NCBI GenBank assembly: GCA_951406725.2
Contig: OX597823.1
Location: forward strand, 104,594,001 to 104,658,000
Source: Octopus vulgaris
Lineage: Eukaryota
Direction of reading: 5' to 3'
Length of the DNA stretch: 64,000 nucleotides
The notes below the pieces were generated by a model. The model worked only from the letters and a program-made list of their open reading frames with translations, did not search any database and had not been told where the DNA came from. Below, one piece after another: positions 42,003 through 55,937 of the stretch (position 1 is its first letter; every line of letters starts with the position of its first letter). Position numbers and translations under genes: made by a program.

Positions 42003-44228
42003 TTAAGGACTGATAGGACATTGCTGTACATGACTGTGTGGAGTAGTTTAATGTCCTTGGGGAAAAGGTGCATCAACTGTGCAGGTAGAAAAGAAAAGCT
42101 GAAAAGTTCTGGGCATGGTAGATGTTTTCAATGTGTGTAGTTAAGGTGGCAACGAGGAGTGATAATATATTGCCAAAAATATGCAGAGGTATAAGTAGAG
42201 GAGGATATTTTGTTTGAGTAATTCTGGGAGTTGTATTTCTCTGGTACCTACATCAGAAACAAAAGTACAACTTTTCCTGACTAGACAGTATGGGATGTTA
42301 CATTTTGCATGTGCTGGATGGTATCATTTAAAATTCAGGTACTGATGTATATCTATCATCCTCATCATTTGATGTCCAAGTTCCATTCTGACATAGGTTG
42401 GACAGATCATTAAGTAATCATTAAGAGGGTAAAAGAGAAGTTTACTGAAAAGTTCCAACACATTCTGGATGGACTATAATATCTGTATTACATTAAAAGT
42501 CAGTCTGAATCTTGCTTGTAATGTTACCCAGCCAATCTGGTGCATAATGGGAAAAGATTATGTTGAGTTGGAGATGTCACAATTTGAGTCAATTCTTATT
42601 TGGAGCTAATACCTCTTAATGCCAACCATTCAACAGTGTACTGGGTGCATTTTATTATGGCACCCCTAACTATAGAGGACGCCTCATTCCTTGAAAGACT
42701 GAAAATATTCTCACTACTTTACAATGTCTTCAAAAAGGTGAATAGAAGAGTGTGACAACAGAAGGAGAACTAGGGTAAGATGAGATAAGAGAGAGTTTGG
42801 TGGTAGAAATATAGTGTTAAGAGCAGAAGGGTAGTAGAAGAGGCTGTGATGGAAGACAAAGAGTGATGGCAAGTACATTTTGAGTGCTAAGGGGATTGAG
42901 TAAAAACATGAACAGTATCATGAGGGAGAGTGATGGAGTAATGGAAACAGAGTGATATATGTCAATAAGGAGAGAAAAAGATGGATAGCAAATGATAAGA
43001 CAGGAATAGACATCAATAAAGGAAAGCTAATGACAGTGTATTGAATACAGATATCCAGTGCTATGATTAGGAGAGATTAGATGAGAGTGTCAAAGGAGAG
43101 GGTATTGGATGAAAAAGATCCAAATGTAGATATATTATACACACTAACCCCTATCAATATAGACACTACTGTCTATTTTCTGTTATTTCAATTCACTCTA
43201 ACTCGCTATCATAGATTAAACTTGACATCCAAGTGTCTTTGTGTGCATGAGACAAGATATATAAACATCCTTGTCCTAGATGAACTATTGAATTAGATAG
43301 GGTATTCTGATGAGTTTAGCAAACAGGATTTATATAAAATATGTCTACACAAGAAATATAAGCACTTAATTAGTAGGAGTGCTTCTCTAAATCCCTTACT
43401 TTTATTTCCCATAGCACAGGTTACCAAAGCTCATGGGCTTTGGCATTTAACATTAAATAAACAACAGAAATTTCAAACAGCAATATTAAGAGAATTTACT
43501 ATCATAAGCAAAGTCTTCAGAGATCTCCAGTTGCTTAACTAATTTGGGGGTTAAGAAATTTCATGGTAGTCATCTTTGACTAACTTCAATATGCTGTAAT
43601 CAAAATAGAGTGGTTTCTACTAAACTTCTAATAGATACCAATTAAAAATAAACTGACGCAGACTAACATCAAACAACACAACTAAAAGAAAAACAAAATC
43701 AATATAAGAGAAAAATAAAATGAAGCAAATGACACACTAATATTGATTTCTTAGAATAAACACACAACTACAAAAGTGTGTGTGTGTGTGAGGGAGGAGT
43801 ATGGTTGATTATATCGACTCCAAGAGAACAGAGCAAAAACTAAACTGACCTTAGGATAAGGCACAATAATGAAAATAAGCATTAAAAAGAAATGAGGGGA
43901 AACAGAGAAAATACAGATACTCCAGTGTAGTTAAATTAGTTAACCTCTTAACAAATTAGAAGTGTCTATACAACAGGCCCCTAACCTAGTTTTCTGTATC
44001 ATTAAGCATATAAGAAACAGATCTGAAGAAGACAGTATTTTAATGTAATCTAGAAGGCCTAGTACTAACTCTCTATTAGGTTCAACAGAAGCAAATAGAA
44101 CTGGCTAAGAATACATAATGAATCCTCAAACCCAAAAGCCATTCTCTTTCTCTAAGCTTCAGCATGGGCACTGCTACTGTTACCACTACTATTTTAAGGT
44201 TTTCTTTTCCATACTTGCATGGTTAGAC

Positions 44229-44317
44229 CAGTGGTTTTCAAATGGGTCCATCTAAATAAAACAGGAATGAAAGAGATCCATAGCAAAAAAAAAAAAAAAA
44301 ATGGTTGAGAACCCCTG
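44229..44317. mobile_element. hAT-type mini element with 8-bp TSD
   Basis: GGTTAGAC|CAGTGGTTTTCAA ... TTGAGAACCCCTG|GGTCAGAC (one TSD mismatch). Confidence 0.75.
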
Positions 44318-46962
44318 GGTCAGACAAAATTCTTTGAGACAAATTTTTTCTATGGTTCTTCTAATTACCAATCTTCACCTTCCCAAATCAAGGTGATATT
44401 TCTCCCAAGTCTGGACATTTCTTCATGAAAGATTGCAAACAAACAACATTGTATCATATTTGTTTACATTTAACACAATGTCAGGGTGAGACACATGGGG
44501 ACACACATACGCATGTAATTTTTTTTCTTTTAAGTTTCCATTAACCAAATTCACTGACATGTCTTTGGCCAGCTGAGGTTATAACAGTAAGAGATATTTG
44601 CCCAAGGTACCACACAGTAGGACTGAACTCGAAACCACATAGTTACAAAGCAAAACTTCTCAGTTGCACAGCTATGCCTGCAATCATAAAGTTTTTGATA
44701 TAACCCACCAAATCTATTACAAAGGCTATGGTAGTATTTTGATAAAAAATGAAATGTTAAGCTAAGGTGACAGCCATAGGTTACTAGGGTTTAAGTCAAC
44801 ACAACAAAGAACCAAACCAAAGTACATTGGCAGGAAAGATGCATATGAATTTGGTAAAACACATCAATATGGTCATCATGTTAGCAAGGAAACCCAGAAC
44901 TTAGCATGTGCTAAATACTAACCAGCAGCCATCAAGAACCAGATGCCTCTGCTAATTTTACCATTCCAATTGTCATTCAATAAATTCTTAAATTACGACA
45001 GACCTGTAAATCGTTTTGATACCAATCCACCCAAGACTGCCCCAGGTTCTGACAAAAACTTTTTATGATAACAAAAGGGTTAAGTCTTCAAATTTCATTC
45101 TGTCAATCATAATAAACCTCACACATTTTTCATCTCTACATGCCATATCATGTCCAGCATATCTTGCTCCATCAATGGGGATGTTTAATGTTTTCTAATG
45201 AAGGTTCAACTCAGTGACGTGTAACACCAAAGCTATAATATTAACAAACTTAAAGAAAATATATGTACTACATGCTCATCTCTCAAAGACAGGTCTCAGT
45301 ATATATCATATTTCTGGCTCCAAACCCTTCTACAGATACTACTGTCTCCACTCACAACTCATCTCTCGCTTCAATCTCTCACCACACTCTATTGCCTTCA
45401 CTTTCAACTCTCTACATACGGTTACATTGCCAGTGCACAACTCTTGGTTTGAAATTCTGGGAACAATACTGAATATGACAGGCACCAGAAGCAGGCCAGA
45501 AGATACAATGGCTGAAACATTGTGGCTATTACAACCAAAATGAGGACACTATTCTGAACATATCAGTGTCTAGCGGATCCTTACTATCGCACTTTTCAGT
45601 TCAGATGTCACCTGTCATGCCATGTGCACGGCTCCAACAACACTCCCATCAACTGTATTTGTTGCCCGTCACTTGTGATTTACTTATTTCCTTGTACATG
45701 GCTGCCATGTGTAGCCTTATATAGACCAACAGGAAGTAAAGTGATAATATGTTTGAATTAACAAACTGTAGATCAGATAATGCAATAAAAAGAGAGTAAA
45801 ATTTTCAGTCTTGTAAAAACTGGTTGAACAAGTGTGAGCAATTGTTTGGTTGAAGAAACATACTTTGAACATAAAAAATATCTACCCACTACTGTTACTT
45901 AAATCAACGACCCAAACATAAAAAAAAAAAATCGGTTTAATAATTAAATGGGAGTAATCATGAGGCAGTAATGATTCTGGCCTTTGAATATTAATTTCCT
46001 TTTACAAGATAACAAGATCAACATTATGTGATCAGAAAATACAGTGATTTTAACCTTTTCTTTAGTGATAATGTTGAAATAAATTTATACTGTTAAGTGG
46101 TGAAAGAAGAAAACCTGACCAGAGTATAATCGGGCGTGTTGATATAAACAGTGATAACATGTGCCAACTCAGATAATTAGATCAACTGTGGATAAATCAC
46201 ACACAAATAAACTAAATATAGTTTTTTATTATGTTAAACTTTTTTTAAAGCAGCTTCAGATAAAACAGTTGAAAATAGGGGCAACACTTTAAAAACAATA
46301 CAATAAAATTACAAGAAATAAAACAGATTTTATCATATATAATAATTTATGTGGACATATCTGATTTAGAAAAACAAATCAAAAAAACTTCTAATATTAC
46401 TTTGGTAACAATATCAGTTAAATTAACAATCAATAATTTTATACGGCCTATGATCCGCTTTCCTGGCATGTACTGGTAGAAGCTACCCTTAAATACAGTC
46501 ACATATATATCAGCAGAAAGATTTCTATATGGGATGGTAATTTACATGGAAGTTATCCACAGGTTATACAAGTACTTATTTCAGGCAGTATTTTTATGGC
46601 TAGATGTTCTTCCTGTCTTAAACCAATTACTAATTTACAAATAAGGAAGCGTTTTTTTTTTCTACTACCTCTAAGAGTGCCCAAGTTATGCTATGTATTT
46701 TTTTACCGGAAATGTAAACATGACATCATTGTATTTTTCACTCAGATGATTTTATGTGAGAAGTGGAACTGATGACTTTCATGCATGTACACATATATGG
46801 AGGGCTTCCATGTAGTCTCTTTCAACCAATTTCACTCACAAGGAATTGGTTGACATGAAGCATTAATAGAAGACACTTGCCTGAGTTGTCAAGCAATGAA
46901 ATTAATATAACATTACATAATTTAAGATAAATATCTAAAATTGGTGCTTATAATATCATATA

Positions 46963-47039
46963 CGAGTGGTGTATGAAAAGTTTTGAGCCTTGAAGTCTTG
47001 TACCATGTTTTGTTTTTTTCTGAGGCTCAAAACCCCTCA
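46963..47039. mobile_element. Tiny mariner-derived relic
   Basis: TA|CGAGTGGTGTATGAAAAGTTTTGAGCCT ... AGGCTCAAAACCCCTCA|TA; 11-bp perfect inverted repeat. Confidence 0.5.
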
Positions 47040-47164
47040 TATATTAAAATACTAACTATTAATCTAGTTAATCACACACACACACACGCAGAGCCACCAT
47101 TTGTAGTATCATCATGAAAGTATTCCTCAGATGATAATAGTGTATTACTGACATAAAACAATCA

Positions 47165-47700
47165 CTATTTAAAGTTTGGTGATATTACTATGCCAATATA
47201 TTAAATACCTTCCAATAATTGCTTATTTTTGGCCATTCTTGCAGTCCTGTGAAAATTTTCATGCATATATATGACAACATATCATCTAACCAGGTGAGCA
47301 GGCGTATATTAGTATTATTCCTGGCCCAGTTTTATTGTTCCAGTTACCAATAATTTCAGGAGAAATAAATTTGAAAAAAATAACCTAGTCAATTGAAATT
47401 AGGATCAATATCAGAAGAAAAATCAGATAAAAATAGTTTGAGTAAGATTAATGTCCATTCAGCAACATTAGCTGAAGTGTCGTTAGACTCAAGTCTCTTT
47501 AACATTTCTTACAGTACTGTGCTTGCTGTTGTCTATCTTCAGCTTCATAATCTCACAAATCAATACCAGATTATTTACTGCAAAGTATTCAAAGCATTTT
47601 CTTCAATATTGTCAATATTGCTGTTAGTAAAATTTTCAAAGTTATATTCAATTTGACATTGATCATCAGAACTCATGATAGTGTAAGTTATGTAGTTATA
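47165..47700 (-). pseudogene. piggyBac-like transposase N-terminal fossil
   Basis: Acidic MSSDD...DNIEEN leader, KFISPEII, and DDMLSYICMKIFTGLQEWPKISNYWK, which resembles piggyBac EMxAFIGLLIxMGLxxxPxIxDYW. Confidence 0.6.
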
Positions 47701-50700
47701 AAACAATAAATCCCATGTTATGACAAAGATAATGGCTGTTCTCTCCAGTAAGGTGAGCTTTGACAAAGTTTGGCTGTTCACAATAAGAAGAGGTCATAAT
47801 ATATATGCATGTATGCACACTTGAGCATGATTGTAGAATGGTAAAGGTTACAAGAAAATAAGCTGTGGCAGTTGGAATTAAGGCTGTTTCTAACAGACTG
47901 CATTTTCAGTAGCCTCCTGGAAAGAAGTCCTAGTGGTCTGGAATCTTCCTTGCCACATTGGAAATAGTGAAAATAGTGATATTGGGAAATGTGTACGTCA
48001 ACAACTCTAGAAAGCTTGACTGTACAAGTATCTTTTTGTGCAATGCAGATCATGTATCTTGGAACTCGAGTGTGGTGCTTGTAGCAGTCAGGGCATCATG
48101 TACATCTCTTGATGATGAAATTCCACCACATCAGTAGTTTCCTCAGTCATCAAGACACAAGGTAGGTGTACCACAGGCAGGTGAGATTCCCTGGTTGCCC
48201 TCACAACTGTATCTTCTGTTGCTACTGCTCTTTAAGAAGAGCAATCAGCAAAGGATCCAGAATTCAAAGAGGATGGTCATCAATTGAATTCAATGGCCAA
48301 CTGCAAGCAAGCAAGTAGTAAGCTATATATATATAACTTATCCATATTTATGGATGATATAAGGCTAGTAATGCATGTATATGTCTTACATTTTTCGTAC
48401 ATTTGTATTAGAACACACAGCCATATTGAGAATGGATATTACTGAATTTGTTGACCCACTAACTGCTGAAACATAACTGTCCCTGAATATTTCCCTAAGA
48501 CATGTTGAAGTATGTATCTACTGAGCAGCTGATAAGATGGAAGTGAAATATCAAAAGAGGGTGGGAAAATCATTTGTGCAACAGCAATCAAATAAATGTA
48601 TATGGGTTGTAGTGAATTCCTTCCAAAGCAAAGAGTACTTTGTGAGGGCAAATAGGAAGTGGGTTAGTAAGTTAATGGCTCTAAATGCCCATCCAAACAG
48701 GAACTTTTATACTTTTTTAAAGAATTTTAAGATGAAATGTACTATCACTATAATTTAAATCAATAATGCTATTAAAAAAATATTTTGGTTCAACAATTTT
48801 AAGGCACCTGGACAAGTGTCTTTTATAGACAGAAATTAATAAAATGGAAATGTGCATATGTGTCCAATGTCCTTGTTCTGACATGTTGGTCATTCATACA
48901 TTTGTTTGCAATCTTCTATAAAGACATTTTCAGCCATTGTGCTATTTGTTTTCCAAGGATTAAAGGGCTGAGATGTCTGGCAATATGAGGTTCATGATCT
49001 GCTTACTTAGACTAGACAAGATCTGCTTATCTAGACTAAAATGAGTTATGTAAGCTCTATGCATATTGTGCTCCACCCACGTTACAGTGATTTATCAGTC
49101 ACTGAGCCAAATCATTTTTCATCATGCACTCTGCCATCTCCTCCTCCACACAGCCTACCCAACTATGTCATTTCTCTTTCTCTCTCTCATTTGTCAACTG
49201 CATCATCATTACTAACCTGCCACTCTCCACCACCCTGTTTACAAGGTAGCATGGCCAATTCTCCCGAGCATATTGCCAACAGATCACTCCATTTTTCTCC
49301 AACTCATGGTTCAGTGGTCATCCATCCTTCAACCCCACCCAATTTTCATAGCTGTTTCCCCATCTCCTCATCTACTGCTCCCAATAGAATCTTGTGAACC
49401 ACCTACCATCCACTTCTATCAACTTGAGCACCTCCTACCAATCATTTATCTTTTTTTTCTCTCCTTCTCCTACTAAATGTGAGTAGCCATGGCAGACCCT
49501 CTACACAAATGTGCTATGACAGCTGTCCCATCTTCTCTCATATCTTAACCTCTTGTTCTCCAGCATAAAGCCAATCCCCACCTCTCTTGGGCTTCTTACT
49601 CTTGTGAGCTGCATGGTGATCTCAGCAGTGCTGGTGGCATGAAAAGCACATGGTACATGCTGTTAAGTGATAGGAAGGACATCCAACCATAGGAAAACCA
49701 TGCCAGAGCAGTTATTGGGACACAATGCAATCCTTGGAGCCATTGGAACCTGTTAAACCACCCACCCCATGCCAGTATGGAATATAGACATGTGGTGATG
49801 TCGTGGTTGAAAACAAATGAAAGATGGTGACAAGAAGAGCATCTAGCTGTAAGAAATCTGCCTAAATGAATTTTATCTTACCCTGACAAGTATAGAAAAA
49901 TGGATGCTATGATGAGTAGTAGTAGTAGTAGTAATTCATATTATTTTTTCAGTTGGCAGTAATTGTCCCCCAAATGAAATGTATCACTGACTTACAAACA
50001 ATATTTTGGTTCAACAATTTTAAGCTAGTAGAATATAAACTAAACAGTTACATAAAACCAATACTTGTTTTCAGATAGACATGTTCCTTAACAAGTCACC
50101 TATTGTAATCTGAATAGAAAAATTAAAAGAAATAATTCCTATATCGGAGTCCACACCCAGTTGTTGAATGTTGGATGATGAATTGCTTTATAGAAAAGTT
50201 CAATGACATTTTAAAACTCGAACAAATAAGAATAATTTTCTAAGCACAGATTAAAATAAGGAAATATAATAGCAGTCAAAAGTATATACTTTCAAGATAT
50301 TATAGCTATTGACAATCAGTTAAGAAGAACTTTCAAAGATTTATTATTATTCCACATCAACAGGAACTGAATACAAGTTTATTACATGCATATTTCAATA
50401 TAGTAGTTTTTGCTATACTTTAAAGAAAAATCAGTTTTAATGATAATATTAATTTATATTTTCAGCTTTTCCAACAGCCATTGGTGGTGGTGTTCTGAAT
50501 CACTTCAGTAGCCACCATGTTTATCTTTATGAAGGCAAACTTGAAGTAGAGTACATAATACTAGATCTACATGTGGGGACTGATAGATATACAGTCAGAA
50601 AAAAAAAATCATTTCAAGGTAATCTTCAAAGTCCTTTTAATGTTAGTGTTGATAAATTGAATACCTGAAGATCTATCAATGTAAATTGTAATTTAACATG

Positions 50701-51099
50701 GAGATTTTTTTTTCTGTATTATAAAAACAGATATTTGTTCAACTTCAGATGTTTCATATTTCCAACTCTTTGAGTGGCAGGATTAAAAGCTTTACAGTAT
50801 TCTTGTTTTTTTCCTCTTAAATGTGTTCAAATGTTGCTAGGATTGACTTATCTTTGAACCCTAGGAGGAGAGTTAAAATTAGTAACACTAATTATACTGA
50901 GGCAGATCAATAGACAACAGCCCTGTTCAATAAAAATCAGTTTCATGCTAAGTAAAAAAAAAACAAAAAAAAACTTTGCATCATGAAATCAGGAACGGTT
51001 TACTTGAATACATTCATAAAACTGTTTCTAACAAGCTATCATTTCTATTTCTGCCTAATCTCCTAAGCTTTAAGTAAATGAGAAGCAATAAATTGGTAT

Positions 51100-52750
51100 A
51101 GACAAAACCATGTATTCAGTATGAACCAGAAAAGCTGTAGCAAAGAGTTAAATGAAAGTATCAGACATGAAAGAGAGATTGTTGATGCAAAAGGAATTAA
51201 GAGGTTTCGGTATGACATTTGGTGACATGAAAAAGAGCACAATGTGAAACTGGGTGGTGAGAAGAAATAATAGAGGAAAAAGTGGTTACAACTCAAAATA
51301 ATATACAAGTTGATAAAATGCTTAGTAAACAAAGTCAAAGAATCCCCAATTTGAAAGTATAAGAGCGTGACTGTTCAAGCTCACTGGTTGAAGAAATTCA
51401 GTTCACTGCATGAAAGAATTGCCTCGCAACAAGATAACATCTCGAATAATAAAGAACTGACAAAAACGAAATTTCTGTCCAATATTATTATGTTCCACTT
51501 TTGTGGGAATTACAAACTAGAATGATGTCAGAAAGTATGCATTCCTTTCTGGAGGAACAGCAAATGCTAACTGATGAATATTAATGTTGTAAAAATAGCA
51601 GAATGACCGGAGATCAACTGCAGATTGACAATTTAAAGCTGAAAGATTGTTAGGGGTAACATACCAATTTTAACAGTGGCATGGACAGGTTATATGAATA
51701 AAAGTATATAAAAGACTGAATTAACAGGACAGGTACTTGGAGAAGTTCAGATACAAAGAGGGATCTAAGGAATAGCACGTCACTTTTATTGCTTGAAATG
51801 TGTACGATACTGATGATATTGTGACAGACAGCAGTTCAACATGAATGAGAAAACAATTCAATCTTTTGATTGTGAATGATCTTAAACTGTTTGGGCAAGT
51901 AAACAGATTCTTTAGTTAAAAACTGTTCATTCATGGGAATAGAATTCAGGATACCAAAAAGTGGTATAATTAAACTGAAGAAGAAAGATTGTGCCAATAC
52001 ATGAGACAATGCTATATTGTGATTAAGTAAAGAAGGAGAAAAGAGGAGAATGGATAAGTACTTAAGAATACTAAAAGCTGGTAAAATCAAGGAGATTGAA
52101 ACGGAGGAATTATTTGGAAAAGAATTTCAAAGAAGAATAAAATTGGTCAAAATTAAATGGAAAACAAAAATATAACATTAGCAATAAAACAGAAACACAT
52201 AGGTAATATTAGGATATGGTATGGAGCAGGAATACTAAAATGGAATAAAAACACCAGAAGTGAGAAAGACCTGGTTTACACAGGGAAAATGGAAGAGGTT
52301 TGATCAGTTGAGGGTAATGTATAAGGAGTGAAGAAAATAATCTGAGATGGTATGAGTAGCTCAGAAATATTAGTTGGTGTTGAAGCCTCTAGTGTGACAG
52401 ACACAGCAGAGTACAGTGATAGGGACAAATACAAGGGTCAGGATAGAGGCAAAAGACACATGCTGAAATAGAAAAGTGCAGTTTATCAAAGATATTGAAG
52501 ATAAGCAAGAAACATGAGAGTAGATGCAAAAATCAAATCTAAAAGTTGGAATTGAACCATTAATCTATGCAGCATGAGATCAACCACTTAGAACAAATGT
52601 TTTGAAATGTTACATTAATGATAATATTGGATCACCTTTAAATACACTGTGATGAAAAAGTCTAAAGCATTGACCACATATTGAACAAATGCAGAAAATT
52701 TGCAAAAAGAGGATACAAAATGAGGAACAGCAACATTACACACATTGAGA
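51100..52750 (+). mobile_element. Heavily decayed R4/Dong-like LINE RT and C-terminal region
   Basis: Fragments VQIQRGI, DLKL, YGAGILKWNK and LIYAA*DQPLRTN parallel the 13045-14182 element. Confidence 0.55.
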
Positions 52751-54518
52751 TGGAGTTAAGCAACAACATTCACAATATTTTATAAACAATGAAGGAAGGA
52801 AATGTTAAGCTCATCTTAACAGGAAAAGAACTGAGAATAGAGACAAAAATAAGGAACCACTTAAGAGTTAAACAACTTCTCTGAATGCAAATAAATAAAC
52901 TGCAATGAGCATGAGGGGTTTTCCGGAGAGGCCTAAGAAGATAGATATGCTATACAGAGAAGGTGATAGTTGTAAGCTGTCCATAAGCAGAGAATTGGCA
53001 GAGGATACTGAGACACTGATAAAATTGCAGAATTCATTGGCATTTGAAACAAATGTTGTGGCTTGAAAAGGAAATTGCATTCTTTGAATAGTGAAATTAT
53101 TGTTGAGACTACAATAGCAAAACACCATAATTTATCTCTGCTGTTTTAATCTTCTGGCATCTAATCAGTAAGGCCTAACATCTCTAAGACTGATCTACCA
53201 AGTATCATTCACTCATATTACAAGACCATACCTAACCAAACACCAAACCTGTCTATTATAAGCCAAGCCTTTGTTACTTCCTGAATTCATTGCACTCACA
53301 ATTTCTCCTTAATTTGTGTAATATACTCCAAGGTTTATTACATTCATCTGTTTCTTCAACAATCATTGTAGACTTTCTACATTGTTTATTTTTCATTATT
53401 ATGTAGCATCATGTTTTCATATGAAAATCTGCTTTTAATATGAAAAGAAACACTTCTAACTCTAACTGAGGAAGTTGTTTTCACAATTTTATCCCTGCAA
53501 TCTAAATTCTAACCATAATGCAATCACTAGCATCACCTTTAGCACAAATTATGTCACCTAGATAATTATATCTAGTAACTATGTATAGCTGCAATCCATT
53601 CAAGAAGTTCATATTCTTTACTGTATAAGCAGCTCAAGTTAAAACATTTTATTAGAAGCATCATTTTCAGTGGTTGGCTATTTAATAATTTGCCACTAAT
53701 CTAACCAGTACACAAAAATTCTCAACTAATATTCAAAAACTTTAGATTAAGAGCTGATTCTAGTATTCTTATCAATAATGGGTACTCTAATATCTATTTG
53801 ATATAAATAAGTAGTTAGTATTATTCATCTTTACAACTTCCACACCATAATTATCCCTAAAGTAAATCTTAAAATATACAGTCTAGACAACAAGGAGGGA
53901 ACTGAAAATAATTGAGTACTTTTTGGCACAAGTTTGACTAGAGTTGGCTCGAACTGTGAAAATGTTTCAAGTATGTACCATTAGAAAGTGTTAATATCAG
54001 AAATTACCCACTACTTTTAATGACTTCAAGGTTCACCTAATAGAGATGTTTTTAATCAATAGTGAAAGATGTGTGTATATATGTGTAATCTATAGAAATA
54101 CAAGTGTATCCAAAGAACACAAGAAATGATTTAGATATTGTATTTTTCTAGCAATCTCCTTCATTTAATTCCTTTTCAAGTTTAAATTCTCTCAGGTTAT
54201 TTCAAGATTCTACTCCATGTTTGCTCTACCAAACCTAATGGCACTTTTCCATCTATGCTTATTCTACCATCAAGCTGTAACTTCACCGTTTTCTAATACA
54301 TACAGTGACTGCTATTTCTGATGACTAAACCAAATACAGTTCAAACATACTCCTTTCCAGTATCCCTCAAGTGATGTGGTGACATGGTATAGCAACAATA
54401 TTTTATTTTTGTTTCTCTATGCTTGCTTTGGGTTGATTTTGTTTTCCCAACTTTCTGAGTGGTTTTCAATTGACAACCACTACCTTAGAAAATATCTGCC
54501 CTTGGCACAAATGATTAA

Positions 54519-54740
54519 CCTTTTTGATACCAACCCGACCAAAACCACCTCTGGCTCTGTAGTACAAATATCTTACTTTCATAAATATTGAATTAAAATC
54601 TTCCAGCAAACCTTAGTCACAATTTATGTTCCCGACACTAGCTTAATGATAACTAAGTTCTTTTACTAAATTCTTTGTTATATTTAAAATTAATTGTATG
54701 AAACACAGAGCATCTCAAAATAAATATGGTAATGAAAAGG
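54519..54740 (+). mobile_element. piggyBac-type MITE (family 2), TTAA TSD
   Basis: TTAA|CCTTTTTGATACCA ... TGGTAATGAAAAGG|TTAA; body matches 41811-42002. Confidence 0.85.
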
Positions 54741-55289
54741 TTAAGAACCATACTACATCCTGTATATGTTCTGAATATTGTTGGGGTTGGGTTAGGATTC
54801 TATTTTTCTGGAATCAATAAAACAACTCAACAAAGAAACTCCTACATAAAGGCTCAGCTTGTTTGAAATACCGGCCAAACTTCCCACAAACCTACAATCT
54901 TGAAAAAAGTGAAGGATGCATCAGATAATGTAGTCCCAGATATTTTTAAATACTTAAATATCTGAATAAAAGATGATATGGTCATATCAAGAGTGCCTCA
55001 GATTACAGAGCATCTGACTTAGATCTGAAACAACAACTATCAGTTATACGTTGGAAATAGATGCCTTCCTCTGTAAAAGGTAATCCTGTACCTAATCCAG
55101 AAAAATCATTTTAACAGAGCTAGGTCTTTATGGTGATTTAATTCTGAAACTAATCATTATTGATTTTAAAATTTAATCACCATATTTAATTTTAAAACCC
55201 ACCATTATTGTAAACAATTTTTAAACACCATTATTCTAAATTACTTGTATGTTAACAGTGTTTCTTTAATGACTATAATGTACTATTGA

Positions 55290-55305
55290 ACACACACACA
55301 CACAC

Positions 55306-55368
<63 letters not shown>
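55290..55368. repeat. (CA)n(TA)n compound microsatellite
   Basis: Directly visible. Confidence 0.95.
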
Positions 55369-55369
<1 letters not shown>

Positions 55370-55874
55370 AAAAAGAAGTGTTGGCAAAAACTTCTGTATG
55401 CTCTATAGTACATTATATTAATATCTCATTGTCAATAGAATTTGTTGCAATAATTAAAATAATATTTAATATGAAAATAGATTGATACAATAGTTATTAA
55501 TGGCTGCATTATTATTAAAGGATGTATTATAGATTGATTGGATTCAGTTCTTGTTGACAAGACCCCACTAGAGAAACTTGTTTTTAATGGAAAGCTATTT
55601 TCAACAAAATCGTCCACATTCATTACTCATGCAAATTATGCTAATCAGTGAATACAATAAAGCATTTCTTTCATTCACTTGTCAGAATGATGCTGATTCT
55701 AAAAGTGTGCCAGTTTCTCTAATTCTGTCCATCTGTTATTGACACACATTTACGACCACCCGTCTTTTCTATCAAAACACTGAATTTTGTCATTCCAGTA
55801 TCTCATTTAATCACGTTGCATCAAAATTTTACAGTTCACATTTTCTTACATAGCCTTAGGCGCAACAATTCCTT

Positions 55875-55888
55875 TTCTCTTTCTCTCT

Positions 55889-55935
<47 letters not shown>
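55875..55935. repeat. (CT)n followed by (GA)n microsatellite
   Basis: Directly visible. Confidence 0.9.
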
Positions 55936-55937
<2 letters not shown>

